Assembly (NCBI GenBank): GCA_965219685.1
Contig: CBDCOH010000002.1
Location: 4,064,001 to 4,128,000 of the forward strand
Direction of reading: 5' to 3'
From: Candidatus Spongiisociaceae bacterium
GTDB lineage: Bacteria > Actinomycetota > Acidimicrobiia > Spongiisociales > Spongiisociaceae
DNA: 64,000 nt
The position numbers were made by a program, and so were the translations under genes. A model generated the notes under the pieces. The model had not been told where the DNA came from and did not search any database. It saw nothing but the letters and a program-made list of their open reading frames with translations. Numbering within the stretch: the stretch's first letter is position 1; each line of letters begins with the position of its first letter. Positions 1-9,828 of the stretch are shown piece after piece.

Positions 1-335
1 GGATAGCGGTGGGCGAAGTCGAGCGCCAGCGTCGCCCCGGTGTGGGAGCCGTAGAGATCCACCCGGTCGAGTCCCATCCATCCCAGCGTCTCGTCCAGGG
101 CATCGGAATAGTCGGCACAGGTCGGCGCCGGGAGTTCCAGTCCTGCCGATTCGCCGGCGCCGGGCGTGTCGAGGGCGATGACTGTCCTATCCAACGCCAA
201 CTGCTCGATGAGAGGCTCGAGAGAGAAGGAACTGCCGGGGGCAGGATGGAGAAGGACCAGCGCCGGACCTTGGCCTGCCCTCCGGAAGTGAACCTCCCGC
301 CCTTCCACATACCCGAAGTGCTTGAAAGTCTTCAA
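1..335 (-). CDS. alpha/beta-fold hydrolase, N-terminal part (runs off window start)
   Basis: Not in the ORF track. Manual minus-strand translation gives MKTFKHFGYVEGREVHFRRAGQGPALVLLHPAPGSS...VIALDTPGAGES...DLYGSHTGATLA, a paralog of 34121..35872. Start is TTG 335 or GTG 359. Confidence 0.85.
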   Translation of the reverse strand, partial: MKTFKHFGYVEGREVHFRRAGQGPALVLLHPAPGSSFSLEPLIEQLALDRTVIALDTPGAGESAGLELPAPTCADYSDALDETLGWMGLDRVDLYGSHTGATLALDFAHRY

Positions 336-365
336 GCGTGACTGCTCGACCAAGACCACACCCGA

Positions 366-2729
366 CTATGCCGGTGAGTCGCGAACGCAGGCGAGGTCCA
401 CGGCGGCCCTGGAGAAGAACGCCCAGGCACCGTCGAGGTCGAAGAGCCGCGTGCCGGCCGCTTCACACGAAAGCGCGTCGTCGAGCACCCAGTCCCACTT
501 GTCGATCTCCCGATTGTTGACCGCTTGCGCCAGCTCGAAGCCGGTCGGGGGTGATTCGTAGACGAGGTCGAGAATCTTTGCTGTGAGTTCCCTCACGCCG
601 GTCCTCGAGACCCGGATCGACGGACCCTCGACGGACGCCCTGACGCCCCGACCGAGCAGGGCGATCGCGGCGGTGTGGAGGGCGCGGTCGCCGATCCATG
701 GGAACAGAAGGATTCCTGAAGGCAGGGGGACCACCATGGTTCGGTCCAACCCTAGTCGGTGATAGGCGGCTCGACCCTCGGTGAGCAGGCGCTGCGCGCT
801 GCCGTCCAGCCACGCCGGGGTGTCTGGCGACCGGTAGACGATGGACATCTCCTCACGAACCCGATCGGATACTCCGACGGACTCGCCACCGAGGAAACAA
901 GGCGTCCCGTCGCCGGATCGTACCAATTCCACTACTCGCGCCGAGCGGTCCGCGCCGACCACCTTCCAGCGCTTTCCGGCGAAGATCAGAAGCATTCCTT
1001 CCCGGAGGGGCTGGTAGATCGGGATCGTACCGAGAGTCCTGCCCGCGGTAACGACCCGCCACTCGATGGCGGTCTGGAACGCCGTGTAGAAGTGGTGGTG
1101 GTTCACCTGGCGTTCGCCGGCGACGCCGAGCAACAGCAGCCCGTCGGAGGTCTGGACGAGCAGGTCGTGGGAGGCCATCGCCCGGAGGAGGCGCGCGAAA
1201 CGCTGCTGGTCGACGAGTCGGAACGGGCCGGGCCCGCACAGCGCATGGTGGAGATCGTCTGCAGTGGCGCCGCCATGCTGGGCGATCACCGACATGATCT
1301 GCTGGATCAGCGTCGAGTAGTTGAATCCCGGATCGTCGGTGGTCTCCAGCCAGCGGTCCAGCATCAGCCGAACCATCGCGGTCGTCTGGACGATGCCGCA
1401 ACGCAACCCGTCGGAGACGGAGAGGTCTGGTCTGGCAATGGGTTGTTCGCTCACATACAGGCGCAGTACGGCCGGGTCGCCGCGGCGTCCTGACCGGCCC
1501 AGCCGCTGCCATAGGGACGCGACGGATGGCGGTGGTCCTATCTGGGCGACGTTGGAAACCGAGCCGATGTCGATTCCCAGTTCCAGTGTGCTGGTACTGA
1601 CCGCGGTCGCCGGTCGGGACGGGTCCTTCAGGTAGGTCTCGACGGTTTCGCGGAGATCTCTGGAGAGGTTGCCATGATGCGGCCAGAACTCGTTGGGAAC
1701 CCCGGCCCTCCTGCTGTACCGGGCCAGCAGGTCGGCGTAGATCTCCACGCCGTTGCGCGTGTTGGCGAACACCAGGTTGTCTCGGCCGCGAAGATGACCG
1801 AACAGGTGCCCGGCTATCTCTTGTCTGGCATCGTCGAGCGATCCATCCCCCGCCGATTCCCGCCGGTCCTCACGCCTGTCGCGCCCGTTCTCGTCGGCCA
1901 TGGCGGATACCGGGGCGGCTCCGTATCCGCGCAGCTGGAGCATCAACCCCCGTCCGTCAGCCTTCGACTCGACTATGAAGACCCGATCCGGGTTGTCCGG
2001 GCGTAGAAAGGCCGCGGCCCGCCCGATGTCGCCGAGAGTGGCGGATAGCCCGATACGCGGTGGGCGCCTTCGCACCGCGAGGCCGACCCGGTTCATCAAC
2101 GACTGCACCTGGGCGCCCCGCTGGGTGGTGAGAAAGGAGTGGAGTTCGTCGATCACGATGTAGCGCAACCCGGCGAACAGTCCCGGGACGAGGGGACCCC
2201 GGTTCACGAAGATCGCCTCCAGCGACTCGGGCGTGATCAGGAGCACGCCGGACGGATCGGTCGCCAGCCTCTGCCTCTCCCCGGCCGGGATGTCTCCATG
2301 GCGGCGATGCAAGGGAACATCCACTCGCTCGCACATCTGTAGGAGACGCCGGTACTGATCGTCGATCAGCGATTTGAGCGGCGAAAGGCACAGAACCTGC
2401 ACGCCGGCCGATGGCGTCGTACGTGGTTCCTCCCACGGATCGAAGGCGGTCCACGGCTCGGGTAGCGCGGCCTCGTTTCTCCCGGCGTCGCCTGCGAGAT
2501 TCGAGAGAATGGGGAGGAAGGCGGCTTCGGTCTTGCCGGTGGCGGTGGCCGCGGCGATCAGCACATCACGGTCGCCGCCCAGGATCGGGCCGATGGAGCG
2601 TTCCTGGGAGTCGTGCAGAGACGTCCATCCCTGATCGTATATCCAGCGCTGCATGCGGGGATGCAGCCGGCCGAACGCCGACGACGGGGCGGCTTCAGAG
2701 CCGGAAGTGGACGAGGCCGTCATCATCAC
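366..2729 (-). CDS. sngC: Lhr-like DEAD/DEAH-box helicase, Shango SngC-like
   Basis: Motif I AATATGKT, motif II DELH, motif III LSAT, TSTLELGIDIG, motif VI QRLGRSGR. Last gene of a TerB-ATPase-helicase operon. Confidence 0.85.
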   Translation of the reverse strand: MMMTASSTSGSEAAPSSAFGRLHPRMQRWIYDQGWTSLHDSQERSIGPILGGDRDVLIAAATATGKTEAAFLPILSNLAGDAGRNEAALPEPWTAFDPWEEPRTTPSAGVQVLCLSPLKSLIDDQYRRLLQMCERVDVPLHRRHGDIPAGERQRLATDPSGVLLITPESLEAIFVNRGPLVPGLFAGLRYIVIDELHSFLTTQRGAQVQSLMNRVGLAVRRRPPRIGLSATLGDIGRAAAFLRPDNPDRVFIVESKADGRGLMLQLRGYGAAPVSAMADENGRDRREDRRESAGDGSLDDARQEIAGHLFGHLRGRDNLVFANTRNGVEIYADLLARYSRRAGVPNEFWPHHGNLSRDLRETVETYLKDPSRPATAVSTSTLELGIDIGSVSNVAQIGPPPSVASLWQRLGRSGRRGDPAVLRLYVSEQPIARPDLSVSDGLRCGIVQTTAMVRLMLDRWLETTDDPGFNYSTLIQQIMSVIAQHGGATADDLHHALCGPGPFRLVDQQRFARLLRAMASHDLLVQTSDGLLLLGVAGERQVNHHHFYTAFQTAIEWRVVTAGRTLGTIPIYQPLREGMLLIFAGKRWKVVGADRSARVVELVRSGDGTPCFLGGESVGVSDRVREEMSIVYRSPDTPAWLDGSAQRLLTEGRAAYHRLGLDRTMVVPLPSGILLFPWIGDRALHTAAIALLGRGVRASVEGPSIRVSRTGVRELTAKILDLVYESPPTGFELAQAVNNREIDKWDWVLDDALSCEAAGTRLFDLDGAWAFFSRAAVDLACVRDSPA

Positions 2730-4053
2730 CGGACGGAGCTTCCGGGCTGGACGCCGGTCTTGCGCCGCCGTTTGCGAGAGGCAGGAGGTCCGGGTTGGTC
2801 TCCCGTGGGATTTCCACCCGGGCGATCAAGTCGGACCAGCTGACGGAAGGGTTCTGGTCGAGCACCGCCAGCAGGTTCACGAACTCCTTGATGGTGGTGC
2901 GCGGCGTCCGGAAGTAGGCGTCGCCGACCCGCGCCGCGCAGTGGTTCATGAACGCGGTCAAGGCCTCGTCGGGTACCAGGTATGCGTCAGGGTCGCCTCC
3001 GGCGAAGACGTGCCGGAGTTTGGTGAGGAGCACGTACATGTCCTCGGGCGCCAGGTTGGCCAGCCGCAGGACCGGTCCCGAGAAGTCCACCAGTCCCTGC
3101 CGAGCGAAGGTGTTCTCGGCGAGACGGGACTGCAGGGCCGGGTACGAGTAGAGGCCGCGTCGGGTGTCGAACAGCAGGTCGGGGGTCCCGGCGAACACGA
3201 ACCCGAGCCCGGCGGCCGAACCCTGCAGGCAGTCGTTCAGTATGCGCAACACCTGCTCGTAGTTGGAGTTGCGGGCCCGGGTGTGTGACATCTTGTACAG
3301 GTTCACCATCTCGTCCAGGCAGACCAGGAGGCCGGAGAACCCGGCGAGGCGGACGAACCGTGCGAACAGCTTGAGATGGTCGTAGAAGCTGCGGTCGTCG
3401 ATGATGGTGCGCACCCCGAGCGCCTTCCGCGAGTCGGTGCGGGTCGAGAACTCGGCGCGCAGCCATCGGACCACATCGGCGCGGAGCCGGTCGTCGCCGC
3501 TGTCATGGGAGCGCCAGTAGGCGGCGATCACTTCGGCGAAGTCGTACCCGCCGACCATCTCGCTGAGATCGGCGAGCCGTTCGCGAATCACTGCCTCGGG
3601 GCTGATGCCTCGGGACCGGGCGGCGCCGAGAGCAGTGGTGATGAACCGTTCCACCAACGTGGGCATGGCGCCGCCCTCAGGCTTTGTACGGGTCGAAAGG
3701 TTGCGCATCAACTCGGCGTAGAGGCCGCGGGCCTGGCCCCCGGTTGCATACAGGCGGCGCTCGGGCGACAGATCGGCGTGAACGGTTACGAGCTTGCGCT
3801 CCAGGGCGATCGAACGGACCAGGTTGAGGAAGAAGGACTTGCCCGCCCCGTACTCCCCGATCACCAGGCGGATCGCCGAGCCTCCATCGCGGATCCGGTC
3901 GATGTCCGCCAGGAGAGCGCCGACCTCGTCGGCGCGTCCCACCTGGATGTGCTGCTGGCCGACCCGAGGCACGACCCCCGCCCTTAGTGACTGGATGATC
4001 GCGTCGCGGTCCCTCGGGCGGATACGGCCTGGGCGGAGGCTGGTGGTTGTCAA
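2695..4053 (-). CDS. sngB: P-loop ATPase, DUF2791/BrxD family, Shango SngB-like
   Basis: N-terminal IIQSLRAGVVPR, Walker A GEYGAGKS, Walker B VCLDE, GLYSYPALQSRL. Overlaps both neighbours. Confidence 0.87.
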   Translation of the reverse strand: MTTTSLRPGRIRPRDRDAIIQSLRAGVVPRVGQQHIQVGRADEVGALLADIDRIRDGGSAIRLVIGEYGAGKSFFLNLVRSIALERKLVTVHADLSPERRLYATGGQARGLYAELMRNLSTRTKPEGGAMPTLVERFITTALGAARSRGISPEAVIRERLADLSEMVGGYDFAEVIAAYWRSHDSGDDRLRADVVRWLRAEFSTRTDSRKALGVRTIIDDRSFYDHLKLFARFVRLAGFSGLLVCLDEMVNLYKMSHTRARNSNYEQVLRILNDCLQGSAAGLGFVFAGTPDLLFDTRRGLYSYPALQSRLAENTFARQGLVDFSGPVLRLANLAPEDMYVLLTKLRHVFAGGDPDAYLVPDEALTAFMNHCAARVGDAYFRTPRTTIKEFVNLLAVLDQNPSVSWSDLIARVEIPRETNPDLLPLANGGARPASSPEAPSGDDDGLVHFRL

Positions 4054-6410
4054 GTCATCTCCTTAACAGCGTAGGTATTGAGTACCACGGGGTCGTGACA
4101 TTCGATCATCGGTTCACCGCTGATCTCGATGGCGACCTCGTCAATGACGTCGAGAGCGCTGTCTGTGAACGGCAACCCGAACGAGCGGGCCAGCTCGTCG
4201 ACCGAGCCGCGGTCCCACTGCGGGCGGGCGGCGAGCGCCCTCACCAGCTGCGAGTGCGGTTCGTCGAGACCTTCGACGAACGAGTGGGTTCCCCCTCCGT
4301 TCGGCGCAGATGCCGGCTCGGGAGGCGCGTCTTCGTCCGTGAAGATGTCGGTAAGCAGAGCCGACACCCGGGCTGTATCGGCCAGACGCGCCCGGACCTT
4401 CGCCGGGTCGAGGGCCACTGCAGGGCCCGGCTCAGCGTCCGCATCCGCGTCGGGGAGCGTCCCGCGGGCTTCGGATGTCGTGCCCCTGGCGAGCGCTGGC
4501 ACCTGTTCGCCGATGTCGAGCCCGTGCAGATGGCGGTAGACGTCGGATTCATCCAGGCCGAGGTACCCGAACATCGTCTCCAGCGCGGTGACCTCCTCGC
4601 GGGTTGCCGCCCCGCCGGCGGTGGCGACCCCGATGAGGAACGTACCGAGATCCGCCCGGCCTTCGGTGGGAATCGCCTCAACCTTGCGTTTCACGCCGTA
4701 CATACCGAGCCTGCCGGTGGTCAGGAACTCGATGTGGGCCACCAGCCTGCGACGCTCGGCGGCGTCGAGGCCGGGAACCCGTTCGAGGCGGTCGGCGACG
4801 AACCTCTGTTGGTCGGGCCTTATGCTTCCGTCCGCGGCAGCAACCACCGCGGAGAGGTGGACGAGCGGTTTGGCCGCCATGTAGGCGGGTGACGGCTCGT
4901 CAGCCGCTCCGGCCGGTAACCGGAAGAGGACGGCGGAGGTACCCGGCCTGGGTATCGGTGCGCCGAACCGCACGTCGGGCTCCATACCGACGCCGATCTT
5001 GCCGAGGAGGGACGCCATGTAGCCGGCCTCCCGCTTGGTGAGTTTGCCGTTGTGCCCGGGTGACCACCTTTCCACCAGCTCGTTCAGCGGAACGACGGCG
5101 GTTCGCCCGCCATCGAGCATCTCGGACGTCCAGATGCGCAGGCCGTCGAGGATCGAGCCTCCCCGGGATACGAGCAGGGCCTCGGGCAGCAGCGACACGG
5201 CCGCGGCGGTCTGCGCGCCGTCGGGGTTCCTGCCGATGAACCGGCTATAGGTGTCGAGTTCGTCGGTGCACTCCTCGGCGAGGCGCCACAGCTTGCGGAT
5301 CAAGCTCGGGGTGGTCGTGATGTCGGGGATCGAATCGAGGTTGATGGTCACCTCGCCGCCATAGCCGAGCTCGAAGCCATCGGCGAGGCCCGGCGTGTCG
5401 GGGAACGTCGGGAAAACCATCATCCCCTTGAACCCGTGCGACTCTGCCTGGTAACGGAGAGTGAGGCTGCGTGCGGGTCGCCGTGCCCTGATCCCGTCGC
5501 CGAACCTGGCGTGGTAGAGCGCTACGAACAGTTCGTCGAATTCATCCGGGCAGCGTTCGGCGGCGGTGCGCAGCCGCGTCTCCGGGTGATGGCGGAGATA
5601 GCCGAGCGCGCCCTGGGCAGGGATCCCCGAGCCGTCCCGGACGTGCTTCCCGATACCGATGACAACCGCGAGAGGATTGTCCGACCCCATCCGGTCCGGA
5701 TACCAGGGGAAGGACTCGAAGTCCTCTCGCGCGTATATCAACGCGTCGACAAGAGCCAGAAGGTTCATGGCGGATCCGTAGAACGAGTCGTCGACGCCGT
5801 AGATCATCAGGAGGCGCACGATCTCTCCGGCGATGACCGGGTAGTCCGGATTGTCGAACTCGTGACCGATGTCTACCAAGAGGCGCCTCTCGAGCCCGTA
5901 GAGGAACAGGAACACGTATCCGATGTGGGCAAGCTCGTCCATGCGTCCCCCGGCCAGCCAGGCAAGGTAGCCGGCGCGGCCGCGCGGGTCCATATCGTGG
6001 TAGGAGGGCCAGTCGGCGAGCGTCAGCCCGTCCCGGTCCGGTCGCTTCCAGTCGACCGCAAGATCCGGATCGATCAGGGAGGGTTCGGTCCAGTACCCGC
6101 TCGCCGATGGCGCTTCCCTGCCCACGTAGACCATCCCGCCCGCAATCGAGCGTCCCTGCACGACGATTCTCCCGTCCGGGGGAACCCAGGTCGCCACGCC
6201 TCGCTCGGCACGTACCGGATCCGGCTCGGACGCCATCGGCTCCGGGAGTCGGGGTGGATGGGAGTCGCAGGCACAGGCAGTCTGAGCGGAACACGTGCCC
6301 CGCCTGGACCGGTGCCTGTTCCGCTTGGATCGCCGCTGCTGCTTGGCGTGCCGCCTCTGTCCGGCCCGCTGCTTCCGCTTCTTGGACCGCTTCTTCTTGC
6401 GCCGGCTCAC
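4050..6410 (-). CDS. sngA: TerB-N/TerB/TerB-C domain protein, Shango SngA-like (copy 1)
   Basis: GGMVYVG, EPSLIDP, IGYVFLFLYGLERR (TerB-N), VAAADG (TerB), LDPAKVRARLADTARVSALLTDIF (TerB-C). RBS GGAGG upstream of GTG. Confidence 0.85.
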   Translation of the reverse strand: MSRRKKKRSKKRKQRAGQRRHAKQQRRSKRNRHRSRRGTCSAQTACACDSHPPRLPEPMASEPDPVRAERGVATWVPPDGRIVVQGRSIAGGMVYVGREAPSASGYWTEPSLIDPDLAVDWKRPDRDGLTLADWPSYHDMDPRGRAGYLAWLAGGRMDELAHIGYVFLFLYGLERRLLVDIGHEFDNPDYPVIAGEIVRLLMIYGVDDSFYGSAMNLLALVDALIYAREDFESFPWYPDRMGSDNPLAVVIGIGKHVRDGSGIPAQGALGYLRHHPETRLRTAAERCPDEFDELFVALYHARFGDGIRARRPARSLTLRYQAESHGFKGMMVFPTFPDTPGLADGFELGYGGEVTINLDSIPDITTTPSLIRKLWRLAEECTDELDTYSRFIGRNPDGAQTAAAVSLLPEALLVSRGGSILDGLRIWTSEMLDGGRTAVVPLNELVERWSPGHNGKLTKREAGYMASLLGKIGVGMEPDVRFGAPIPRPGTSAVLFRLPAGAADEPSPAYMAAKPLVHLSAVVAAADGSIRPDQQRFVADRLERVPGLDAAERRRLVAHIEFLTTGRLGMYGVKRKVEAIPTEGRADLGTFLIGVATAGGAATREEVTALETMFGYLGLDESDVYRHLHGLDIGEQVPALARGTTSEARGTLPDADADAEPGPAVALDPAKVRARLADTARVSALLTDIFTDEDAPPEPASAPNGGGTHSFVEGLDEPHSQLVRALAARPQWDRGSVDELARSFGLPFTDSALDVIDEVAIEISGEPMIECHDPVVLNTYAVKEMT

Positions 6411-6572
6411 AACCTCCCTCTCAGGTACCGCCTGCCGGTCAGAGGGGGGAGTGCACCGATTGACATACCGCTACGACAGTGACCTCATCATGATACAAGG
6501 AACGGCGGACATGCAAGGTGTTTGTAGCCTGCCATGCGGTGTTCACACGGCCGCTCGCGATCCGGCGGGCGG

Positions 6573-8798
6573 CTACGGCAGCTGCCGGCGGTCAGGGAAC
6601 CGAATCAACTCCTCCAAGGCATACGCGTTGAGCACGATGGGATCGTCCCCCTCGACGATCCCATCGCCGCAGGATTCGTAGGCGGCTTGGTTGATGACGT
6701 CGAGCGCGCCGTCGAGGAACGGTAGCCCGAGCGAGCGCGCCAGTTCCTCGACGGACCCACGATCCCATTCGGATCGCGAGACGAGCGCGTCGAGCAGGTG
6801 TGAATGCGGTCCGTCAAGACCCTTGATGAGCGACCCCGGTTCCGGACCGGGCGCCGGCGACTCCATCCCCGGTTGTGGCTCGTCGTCCGCGAAGATGCCG
6901 GTCAGCAGGTTCGCCACCCGGTCCGTCTCGGCCATACGGGCCCGGACCTTTGCAGGGTCCAGCGCGACAGGACGGTCCGGCGCGGCGGCCGCGCCGGGAT
7001 CGGGAAGCGCCCAACGACTGGTGGGCGCCCCCTCTCGAACGGTGACCGGGCCGGTCTTCTCCAAGTCGAGAGTGTGCGCTCGGCTGTATAGGTGCGCCTC
7101 GTCGAGGCCCATGTGGTCGAACAACTTTTCCAGAACGGCGATCTCCTCGTAGTTGACGGCCCCGTCGGCGGCCGCAAGCTCGATCAGAAGGCTTCCGACG
7201 TTCAGCAGATCGCCGGGTTCCATCGCCTCCACCTTGCGCTTGATGCCGTACATGCGAAGCTTCCGCATGGCGAGCAACTCCAGATGTGTCTGTAGCCTGA
7301 CCCGGTCGGAGGGGTCCAGTCCGGGGATCCCTTCCAGTCGTTGCGCTACGAACCGGTGCTCGTGGGAGTTGATCCTCCCGTCCGCCGCGGCCACCAAGGC
7401 GCTCAGATGCACGAGCGAAAGAGCGGCGCGGTACAGGGGAGTGGGTTTCGCCCGCGCCTCCTCGGGAAGCGGGAACAGGATCGTCTTCGTACCCGGACTC
7501 GGAGTGTTCGCACCGAAGCGGACGTCCGGTTCGATCCCCACGCCGACGCTGGCGAGCATGGACGCCAGCGCGACCGTCTCGGCCCTGGTGAGCTTCGAGG
7601 TGTGGCCGGGCGACCACTGCTCGGCCAGGTCTCTGAAGGAAACCACCGCCCTCGATCTGCCGTCCATCACTTCCGATGTCCAGGCGCGGAGAGCCTCGAG
7701 GATCGGGCCACAGTGCTCGGCGAGCAGCACGCCGGGGAGCAGCCCGACCGCGATCGGGGTCCCGGCCGAATCGGGTCGGCGCCCGATCAGACGGCTGTAT
7801 GCGTCGAGTTCCCCGTCGCATTGCTTGGCCAACTCGTTCAGATCGGTGATCAGCGCCGGCTCCATCGTTACGTCAGGGATCCCGTCGAGGGCCATGAACA
7901 CACCTCCGTCGAATCCGGAGGAAGCGGCCCGGTAGGAGAGCTTGATCTTCCTGGGCGGCTCTTGCACCCTGAAACCCGGTCCGAACCGCGCGCCGTAGTA
8001 GATGCCGAACAGCTCGTCGAACTCGGCTGCAACGCGCTTGGCCGGTGTTCGCAGCCGTCCCTCGGGATGGTGACGGAGGTAGCTGAGGGCCCATTCGACT
8101 GGGATGGCGGACCCTTTCGCAACGTACTTACCGATCTCGACCCGGACCGCGGCCGGGACGCCGACCTTGACGTGCTCCGGAACCGGCGATACCGGCTTCG
8201 ACCCGGACTTCACCGACCGCACCCCTTCCACGAAGTCCAGCAACCGGCCGGCGCTCCACGGGAACGGGTGCGCCTCCCGGTAGATGCGTAGGAGACGTTC
8301 GACCTCGGCAAGGATGACCGCCACCTCGGGATGGTGAAGGTCGGCGCCCAGGTCGGCGAACAGCCGCCGTTCGAGCCCGTAGAAGAACAGGAGCACGTAA
8401 CCGATGTGGGCGGACCCGTCCATGCGTCCTCCGGCCAGCCACTCGAGATAGGCGGCGCGGGCGCGCGGGTTGGCTCCCCTGTAGGACGGGTTGCGTGGCA
8501 CGGAAGCTCCGGTACGGTCCGGGCTCCTCCAGCTGACCGGTAGGCGAGGATCGATGAGGCTGGGCTCGGGTCCGAGACCGTTCGCCGCCAGGGCGCCGTT
8601 ACCGACGTACACCATCCCGCCCTCTATCGATCGGCCGGCCACTTCGATCTTCCCACCGGGCGGTATCCAGGTCGCCGGACCTCGCTTGGCTCGCCGTACT
8701 GACCACGGAAGCGTGCCGCTCTCCCACCAGTAGAGCGCCGGCGGGCGGGGCTTCCTCTTCCGTCGGGGACGGTTCGTCCCGCGCTCGGCTTGGCTCAC
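6573..8798 (-). CDS. sngA: TerB-N/TerB/TerB-C domain protein, Shango SngA-like (copy 2)
   Basis: Collinear paralog of 4050..6410 (IGYVLLFFYGLERR, VAAADG, LDPAKVRARMAETDRV). RBS GGAGG upstream of GTG. Confidence 0.85.
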   Translation of the reverse strand: MSQAERGTNRPRRKRKPRPPALYWWESGTLPWSVRRAKRGPATWIPPGGKIEVAGRSIEGGMVYVGNGALAANGLGPEPSLIDPRLPVSWRSPDRTGASVPRNPSYRGANPRARAAYLEWLAGGRMDGSAHIGYVLLFFYGLERRLFADLGADLHHPEVAVILAEVERLLRIYREAHPFPWSAGRLLDFVEGVRSVKSGSKPVSPVPEHVKVGVPAAVRVEIGKYVAKGSAIPVEWALSYLRHHPEGRLRTPAKRVAAEFDELFGIYYGARFGPGFRVQEPPRKIKLSYRAASSGFDGGVFMALDGIPDVTMEPALITDLNELAKQCDGELDAYSRLIGRRPDSAGTPIAVGLLPGVLLAEHCGPILEALRAWTSEVMDGRSRAVVSFRDLAEQWSPGHTSKLTRAETVALASMLASVGVGIEPDVRFGANTPSPGTKTILFPLPEEARAKPTPLYRAALSLVHLSALVAAADGRINSHEHRFVAQRLEGIPGLDPSDRVRLQTHLELLAMRKLRMYGIKRKVEAMEPGDLLNVGSLLIELAAADGAVNYEEIAVLEKLFDHMGLDEAHLYSRAHTLDLEKTGPVTVREGAPTSRWALPDPGAAAAPDRPVALDPAKVRARMAETDRVANLLTGIFADDEPQPGMESPAPGPEPGSLIKGLDGPHSHLLDALVSRSEWDRGSVEELARSLGLPFLDGALDVINQAAYESCGDGIVEGDDPIVLNAYALEELIRFPDRRQLP

Positions 8799-9015
8799 GA
8801 CCTCCCTTTCTCAGGTTGCTCCTGCCGGGGCCACAGGAGGCGTGCTCTCAGGATACGGCGTCTCCGACAGTCCGCTCAGCGTGCCACCGGCCGGGCGGGT
8901 TCTGGAGAGTCGGAACCACTTGTACGATAGATGGGTATGACCGGGGTGCCGGCTTCCGATCTCTACCTCGCCGCAGCGACCTTGGTCGAGACGCGACCGC
9001 CCCGGTGATCCACCC

Positions 9016-9828
9016 GTGACCGGACTCACCAGGGAAATCGGCCTTTGCATCGAATCGATGGACGTGGGCTCGATCGACAGCGGCGCGCGTGACGTCGTCG
9101 CCGGCCTCGTAGCCCTGGCACTGGAGGCCGTGAGCGGAGAGTTGGGTTCCGGGCGTGCCCCATCGGAGAGCGATCCTCTCACTCTTGCTTCCGGGTTGGG
9201 GGCGGCTGTTCACGCCGGTGGCACTCCGGGCGCAGGTGTGGATCTCATGGACCTTGCCGTCCCGGTCGTGGCGGCTTCGCTGGCCACCGCCACTTGCCGT
9301 CCCGGCTCCGGCGCCTCGCTCGGTGCCGCGATCCTGGCCGGTTGCGAGTTAGGTCTTCTGCTGGCCGAGATGGCGGGCGCGGGTGATGCCGCTCCGCTCG
9401 CTCCGTTGGCGGCTACCTGTGCCGCGGCGGCGGGTGCCCGCGTTCTCGACCTGCGCGGTGACCGGCTCGTCTCGGCTATCGGGATCGGCGCCAGCAGTTC
9501 GGTGGGCGCCGGTATCAGCGCCGATGCCTCCTGGCAGGCGGGGAGATCGGCTTCCAACGGGGTGCTGGCCGCTCTACTCGCCCGGGCGGGTTTCACCGGA
9601 CCCCCGGACGCTTTGGAGCATCCCCGCGGCCTCCTGGGCGTCATGTTCGGTGTCCGCCTACAGGTCTGGAGAACAGAGCGGTTCGGCAACCGGATAGATG
9701 CACTGAGGCCGTTGGTCACCTCGCCACGACCCGCGGACGAACCCGAGGAGAGGGCGACCGGGCTATGGCAGATGGAGAGGAGTTCCGATCTGTTCACAGA
9801 GTTGATTCAGGACCGGGGGCGGCGATGA
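9016..9828 (+). CDS. MmgE/PrpD-like protein, degenerate N-terminal domain only
   Basis: AGRSASNGVLAALLARAGFTGPPDALEHPRG is typical of the end of the PrpD N-domain. No DxDDxH motif and no C-domain. ATGA overlap with the next gene. Confidence 0.6.
   Translation: MTGLTREIGLCIESMDVGSIDSGARDVVAGLVALALEAVSGELGSGRAPSESDPLTLASGLGAAVHAGGTPGAGVDLMDLAVPVVAASLATATCRPGSGASLGAAILAGCELGLLLAEMAGAGDAAPLAPLAATCAAAAGARVLDLRGDRLVSAIGIGASSSVGAGISADASWQAGRSASNGVLAALLARAGFTGPPDALEHPRGLLGVMFGVRLQVWRTERFGNRIDALRPLVTSPRPADEPEERATGLWQMERSSDLFTELIQDRGRR

Noticed and set aside
9-341. Plus-strand 110-aa ORF
   Set aside because: Shadow of the minus-strand hydrolase gene.
366-4053. BREX type 2 (brxD/brxHI)
   Set aside because: No pglW, pglX, pglY or pglZ. 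The upstream TerB-domain genes fit Shango instead.
4050-8798. Tellurite-resistance ter operon
   Set aside because: No terA/C/D/E/Z. The TerB domains are embedded in large SngA-type proteins.
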